A stretch of 64,000 nucleotides of DNA, from contig CAIWMA010000009.1 of NCBI GenBank assembly GCA_903913645.1, forward strand, positions 319 through 64,318, given 5' to 3'. The notes beneath the pieces were generated by a model, which saw only the letters and a list, made by a program, of their open reading frames with translations, was not told the DNA's origin and did no database searches. Each line of letters begins with the position of its first letter. Position 1 is the first letter of the stretch. The stretch is from an uncultured Bacteroidales bacterium (GTDB lineage: Bacteria > Bacteroidota > Bacteroidia > Bacteroidales > UBA4417). A program made the translations under genes and the position numbers. Below, piece by piece: positions 59,517-64,000 of this stretch.

Positions 59517-59524
59517 CAAATATA
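59517..59524 (-). promoter_or_regulatory. Bacteroidota-type -7 promoter box (TATATTTG) for the thr leader/operon
   Basis: The minus strand reads TATATTTG, matching the TAnnTTTG consensus, 22 nt upstream of the leader ATG. No clear -33 TTTG lies at canonical spacing. Confidence 0.4.
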
Positions 59525-59650
59525 CAGATTTTCTTTCATATGAAGTAATGTATCGGTGGCAAGTCTGTAATTTTCAAATCGCAGAATGCTTGTAATCATC
59601 ACTGTGCCTTATTCTTTAATTCAAAAAAACATTTAATTATGTTCAAACTA

Positions 59651-59683
59651 TTTGTGATTCAGTAAATAAAGAAGTTAAATTTG
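59651..59683 (+). promoter_or_regulatory. Bacteroidota-type promoter (-33 TTTG / -7 TAAATTTG) for the DUF3795 gene
   Basis: TTTG at 59651-59654 and TAAATTTG at 59676-59683 are separated by a 21-nt spacer. The ATG is at 59703. Confidence 0.45.
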
Positions 59684-59702
59684 TATATAAAAATTAAAAA
59701 TC

Positions 59703-60008
59703 ATGATTTTATCAGCATGTGGATTAATCTGTGACGAATGTGAATTTTATGGTAAGGAATGCAACGGTTGTATAGCTGTTAAAGGTCAGACGTTCTGGGC
59801 TAAAGAGATGATGCCTGATCATACATGTCCATTGTTTAACTGTTCGATAAACAGCAAGGGATTTAAAAGTTGCGGCGATTGTGTAAAATTACCATGTAAA
59901 ATGTTTCGTGAAATGAAAGACCCGAACAGTACTGAAGAAGAACACCAGCGCTCTTTAATCCAAAGAGTCGACAGGTTAAAAGCAAATTGCAATAATTCTA
60001 CAATTTAA
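59703..60008 (+). CDS. DUF3795 domain-containing Cys-rich protein
   Basis: 101 aa. Pattern CGLICDEC..YGKECNGC...CPLFNC....FKSCGDC..LPC is typical of DUF3795. Confidence 0.7.
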   Translation: MILSACGLICDECEFYGKECNGCIAVKGQTFWAKEMMPDHTCPLFNCSINSKGFKSCGDCVKLPCKMFREMKDPNSTEEEHQRSLIQRVDRLKANCNNSTI

Positions 60009-60087
60009 ATATCTGTCAGCTGTATTTACTAAAAACAAGTATGCCCGGCATGGGCAAAGGATACATGCAATTTCTCAAAATCAACAA

Positions 60088-61434
60088 ATGAAGATAAAAA
60101 AAAACGACAAACTGCATTCGGATTCAACTCTAAGGCAAAAGGCTGAAAATTCGCTGAAAAATAAAACTTTTGAAACTGGTCCTGACCTGTCAAAAGGAGA
60201 TGCGTTGAAACTTATCCATGAGCTGCAGGTATATCAGGAAGAACTCAGAATGCAGAATGAGGAACTGGGGCTTGCTAAAAAAGAAGCTGCAGATAATGCT
60301 GCATCCAAATATGCTCAATTATATGATTTTGCACCTTCGGGATATTTCACTCTTCATAAAAACGGAGAGATTATAATGCTGAATTTTACAGGTGCTCATA
60401 TGCTTGGAAAAGCACGATCGTTTTTGGTAAACACTTTTTTTAGCACTTATGTATCCTCCGACACAAAAGGAGTTTTCAACCTTTTCCTCACTAAAGCATT
60501 CAAGAGCAAAAGAAAAGAAACCTGCGAGGTTATTTTAACGACAAAAGGCAACGAACCCATTTATGTTCATTTAAGTGCAATCGCAAGCGACGATGACGGG
60601 GAATGCCTGCTTTCTGTTATTGATATTACCGAACGCAAGCAGGCAGAGGAAATTTTGCTTCAATCAGAAAAACGCCTGCAGCAGGAAGTACGGGACCGTA
60701 CTCGGGAACTCGAAAACTTAAACCTTTCTATCCTGTCTGAATTAATAAAACGTAAATCTTCGCAAAAACAGCTAAAAAAATCGCTGCATGACTATAAACT
60801 GCTATATTCATATTTACAGAAAGTCAGGGAAGAAGAACGACTTAACTTAGCCAGGATTATTCACGATGATCTGGCGCAATTATTATCTACCATGAAAATC
60901 GAATTGATTTCATGGAAGGAAAGACCTGAGAAGCACGATTCACTCAGAGATCCCATTGATTCACTGATACTTTTAGTGGAACAATGTATGACAGCCGTTA
61001 CGTCTATTATTGTTGAGCTAAGGCCAGTATTACCCGAAAACATGGGATTGTCACCTGCATTAAAACAATTGTTTTCCGATTTCCAGAAACGAACAGGAAT
61101 AACCTGTGATATAAGGATTCAGGAAGATGCGTACTCAGTCGACACTGAATCTGCATATGTGATATACCGGGTAGTTCAGGAAGCACTGACAAATATCCGG
61201 AATCATTCGCAGGCAAGCTATGTAACCGTTAAGATCTCGAGTACTTCAACTTCTTTTTCAATTACCATAAAAGATAATGGCATTGGAGCAAGCCAAGAAA
61301 AAATAAACGATCACAGGGCGTTCGGAATTATAGGGATGCGTGAAAGAATACTGGGCATGAAAGGAAACATTACAATAAAGGGAATTCATGGAAAAGGGAC
61401 AACATTGCACTTTAAAGTACCTGTTGTGGAATAG
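60088..61434 (+). CDS. cytoplasmic PAS-domain sensor histidine kinase (HisKA_3 / NarL-type)
   Basis: 448 aa with no TM helix. Contains the coiled-coil LIHELQVYQEELRMQNEEL motif that commonly precedes PAS domains, a PAS region, the H-box RIIHDDLAQLLS, and HATPase_c motifs (NIRNHS, DNGIG, GIIGMRER). Confidence 0.85.
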   Translation: MKIKKNDKLHSDSTLRQKAENSLKNKTFETGPDLSKGDALKLIHELQVYQEELRMQNEELGLAKKEAADNAASKYAQLYDFAPSGYFTLHKNGEIIMLNFTGAHMLGKARSFLVNTFFSTYVSSDTKGVFNLFLTKAFKSKRKETCEVILTTKGNEPIYVHLSAIASDDDGECLLSVIDITERKQAEEILLQSEKRLQQEVRDRTRELENLNLSILSELIKRKSSQKQLKKSLHDYKLLYSYLQKVREEERLNLARIIHDDLAQLLSTMKIELISWKERPEKHDSLRDPIDSLILLVEQCMTAVTSIIVELRPVLPENMGLSPALKQLFSDFQKRTGITCDIRIQEDAYSVDTESAYVIYRVVQEALTNIRNHSQASYVTVKISSTSTSFSITIKDNGIGASQEKINDHRAFGIIGMRERILGMKGNITIKGIHGKGTTLHFKVPVVE

Positions 61435-61606
61435 ATAAAAATAAAGCTGCCAATTAGTATTCCATTCCAGATTTAAAGCACAGGACATGAAGGTTTTACG
61501 AAGCGGTTTATAAAATATTTTTCGAGTTAACTTTTTAGTAGTATACATCTAAACAGCAATTCCTGCACAACCATAAAAAACTAAAAAACTAATTTACGGC
61601 ATCATT

Positions 61607-62236
61607 ATGTATAATTTTCTAATTGTCGACGACCATAGTATCTTTCGCCAAGGCGTTAAAATGATCATTACTAATGCTTTCGAGAAATCGGAATGCAGTG
61701 AAGCGAACAATGGTGCCGAGGCGCTGATAAATCTCAATAAAAAGAAATGGGACCTGGTGATTCTTGACATCAACATGCCCGGACGTTCAGGCCTTGATTT
61801 TATAGTGGATGTATTGTCATTCAACCCTGAAATACCAATTCTTGTACTCAGCATGTATGCCGAAGATCAAATGGCATTAAGAGCTTTAAAAGCAGGCGCC
61901 AAAGGATACCTCACCAAATCACGTGCTGCTGATGACCTGATAGGTGCAATTAAACGTATGCTTATGGGGAAACAGTACATTACCGAAAACGTCGCTGAAT
62001 TGCTGGTAAATGAAGTGCAAAAGAAAGAAACGGGCGATGTGATGAAAGCGCTCTCCGATCGGGAATACTTTGTACTCATGAGGCTTGCCGCCGGTGAAAC
62101 ACTCACCGAAATATCAAAGTCGCTAACCTTAAGTGTGAAAACAATTTACACCTACCGTACCCGTTGCATGAAGAAGCTTAATCTGAAGAACATGTCCCAG
62201 CTCGTACAGTTTGTTAAAGACAATAATCTTGCATAA
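61607..62236 (+). CDS. LuxR/NarL/FixJ-family response regulator
   Basis: 209 aa. REC domain (IVDDH...DLVILDINMPGRSG...K at YLTK) and a C-terminal LuxR-type HTH (LSDREYFVLMRLAAGETLTEISKSLTLSVKTIYTYRTRCMKKL). Confidence 0.9.
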   Translation: MYNFLIVDDHSIFRQGVKMIITNAFEKSECSEANNGAEALINLNKKKWDLVILDINMPGRSGLDFIVDVLSFNPEIPILVLSMYAEDQMALRALKAGAKGYLTKSRAADDLIGAIKRMLMGKQYITENVAELLVNEVQKKETGDVMKALSDREYFVLMRLAAGETLTEISKSLTLSVKTIYTYRTRCMKKLNLKNMSQLVQFVKDNNLA

Positions 62237-62257
62237 AAATCATCCTGATATTTAATT

Positions 62258-62279
62258 CTTGTAGGAAATTTCCTACAAG
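62258..62279. promoter_or_regulatory. perfect 22-bp palindrome, candidate dimeric-regulator operator (or stem-loop)
   Basis: cttgtaggaaatttcctacaag equals its own reverse complement. It starts 22 nt after the end of the response-regulator gene. Extra half-sites are tttcctacatg (62292-62302, 10/11 match) and cttgtaggaaa (62423-62433, 11/11 match). Confidence 0.45.
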
Positions 62280-62795
62280 CGATTTGGACTATTTCCTACA
62301 TGTTTATTATCCTGAACTTCAGGGTGACTATTTTTCATTAGATTAACTTTGCATAAGTACAAGATTATTTGAAGATTGTAAGGACGCAACCCCTAAAGGC
62401 AATTGCACGTGTCGCGTTTAGTCTTGTAGGAAAGGTATTTATCAGCTATAGAAATCCGAATTTTCTATCCTGTTCTAGACAAACAGGTAAAAATGCTGTA
62501 AATAGAATCACCCATCCTGCCATGAAATAACCGTTTAATTGATTTGTATCGGAAAGTTTCTATCTAACAAAGAGCTACCACTTGGGAAAGACTTTAAGTT
62601 TCGTTATTTTATCGATAGATAAGAGAAGCGAAAGCGACCATGAAGCTGATTCTATTTAACTAACTCCTTTTGAGGAGGCTAACAATTCGGCATTAAGATG
62701 AAATACTCTATGTACTGATGAACCTTTTTGTCAGAATTGGTTTAACAATGCTTATTATCTGTAATTACAAAATTAAAGACTAAAATCAATATACT

Positions 62796-63026
62796 ATGAG
62801 AACACGTAAACTATTTATACACGAAGATGGTATTTATGATGGCGTTTCCCGTATTCCTGAACCACGTGAAATCCATTCTAAATCAGTTATTTCAGTGAAC
62901 GATTCTTATGACTCGTATCCTGAAAAAGATTCCACAATGAAAACAGAAAACAGGAGGTTTGATGAGTCGATTGATTCTCCTTTTGCTGAGGAGTACAAGC
63001 TAAAATTGCAGATCGGCCGTTACTGA
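62796..63026 (+). CDS. hypothetical small protein (76 aa), coding status uncertain
   Basis: This is the only ATG-initiated ORF of at least 60 aa on this strand in the 1.1-kb gap. The product is hydrophilic and acidic, and I recognise no family. Confidence 0.3.
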   Translation: MRTRKLFIHEDGIYDGVSRIPEPREIHSKSVISVNDSYDSYPEKDSTMKTENRRFDESIDSPFAEEYKLKLQIGRY

Positions 63027-63369
63027 TTACAAATACCTTGGATGCGTATGTTCTGGCAGCGATTTCTGAGGAAGTAATAATTTGATATTAAACCTGAATT
63101 AAATCTGAACAGCCGATCCAATAAGCTTCCCGAATAAGAAAATCATTTATTCCCGAATGATTCTTTCTGCATCCTCGATGCGTGAACTGATCTGATTTCA
63201 ATAGTGGCACCGCCTCTCCTAGCGGTTTATTTATAAGCCTTATATTCTGGAATAAAAAGGTTGAACAGCTTTGCTTTGAAAGTGTATTAAGAATTAATCC
63301 CACGCTCTCTTCTCCAAATTCCTTATTTTTGCACAATATTACACCCTTAAAGCGCGTATTACTTTTCCT

Positions 63370-64000
63370 ATGCAATTCGTCAACCCTTTATATCTTTTTG
63401 GCTTACTGGCTGTTGCTATTCCTGTAATAATCCACCTATTCAATTTCAGGCGCTTCCGTAAGGTATACTTTACCAATGTTCGTTTTTTGCAGGAACTTAA
63501 GCAGCAGACTCAAAAACAGTCGCAACTGCGGCACCTGCTTATACTGGCCATGCGAATACTGGCTATTGCATCGTTGGTAATGGCGTTCGCGCAGCCCTAT
63601 ATTCCTTTTTCGAATAGTAAATCAAAGATAACATCACGCAATGCCGTAAGTATTTTTGTCGATAATTCATTCAGCATGGAAGCCACCGGAACTAATGGCA
63701 CTTTGCTTGATGAATCAAAACTGAAGGCACGTGAAATAGTATCTGCTTACAAATCAACTGATTTATTCCAGTTACTGACCTGCGATTTCGAAGGCCGGCA
63801 CCAGCGGCTGGTTACCCGTGACGAATTTCTCACCATGCTCGATGAGGTGAAAATTTCGCCTTCTGTACATTCCTTGTCCGAAATAGTTCGCCGCCAATAC
63901 GATCTGCTTAAAAGCGAGGCTTCGGCACGCCGGAATTCTTACATCATTTCAGATTTCCAGAAATCCTCATATAACAACATTGACTTCGCTCAGGATTCAT
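63370..64000 (+). CDS. BatA-like (aerotolerance N-terminal double-TM domain) protein, 3'-truncated by window end
   Basis: Absent from the ORF track because no stop falls in the window. My translation from ATG 63370 is MQFVNPLYLFGLLAVAIPVIIHLFNFRRFRKVYFTNVRFLQELKQQTQKQSQLRHLLILAMRILAIASLVMAFAQPYIP..., the characteristic BatA_N/TIGR02226 signature. A TATTTTTG -7 box lies at 63324-63331. Confidence 0.75.
   Translation, partial: MQFVNPLYLFGLLAVAIPVIIHLFNFRRFRKVYFTNVRFLQELKQQTQKQSQLRHLLILAMRILAIASLVMAFAQPYIPFSNSKSKITSRNAVSIFVDNSFSMEATGTNGTLLDESKLKAREIVSAYKSTDLFQLLTCDFEGRHQRLVTRDEFLTMLDEVKISPSVHSLSEIVRRQYDLLKSEASARRNSYIISDFQKSSYNNIDFAQDS

Noticed and set aside
63088-63375. 95-aa minus-strand ORF upstream of the BatA-like gene
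   Set aside because: It overlaps the BatA-like start and its probable -7 box. The translation is compositionally unconvincing, so I treated the region as non-coding.

Overview
This window looks like a chromosomal segment of a Bacteroidota genome. The evidence is type IX secretion (T9SS) and gliding genes, TAnnTTTG-type -7 promoter boxes, no obvious Shine-Dalgarno sites, and many lipoprotein or T9SS-CTD proteins. All product calls come from reading the supplied translations for family-specific motifs; no database search was run. About 50 real genes are packed on both strands. The most coherent block (5.1-18.3 kb) is a T9SS/gliding core: porV, two tandem full-length porU sortase paralogues, a divergent porP/sprF-gldJ pair, then murF and anmK. 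The rest is mostly housekeeping: ispF, exbB-exbD-tonB, folC, an isolated thiF-thiS pair, rlmF, rlmB, gdhA, ung, two DEAD-box helicases, thrA-thrB-thrC, a Crp/Fnr regulator, and a DUF3795 + PAS-histidine kinase + LuxR-type response regulator module. Interspersed are two T9SS cargo genes and several uncharacterised envelope proteins. There is one tRNA-Val(TAC) plus a truncated second copy. I saw no rRNA, CRISPR array, transposase, integrase or phage genes. The observations most worth a second look are: (1) the tandem, apparently intact porU paralogues; (2) a T9SS cargo gene whose textbook C-terminal sorting domain is cut off by a single in-frame TAG at the position of the conserved Tyr of the YPNP motif; (3) a candidate Thr-codon leader peptide with terminator/antiterminator upstream of thrA; (4) a perfect 22-bp palindrome with two extra half-sites just downstream of the LuxR-type regulator, at the start of an unusual 1.1-kb non-coding gap; (5) families of short simple-sequence motifs recurring in intergenic spacers, one of them always directly after stop codons in the sense orientation. 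I did not recognise a clearly novel multi-gene system such as a defence island, and the candidates above are hypotheses rather than demonstrations.
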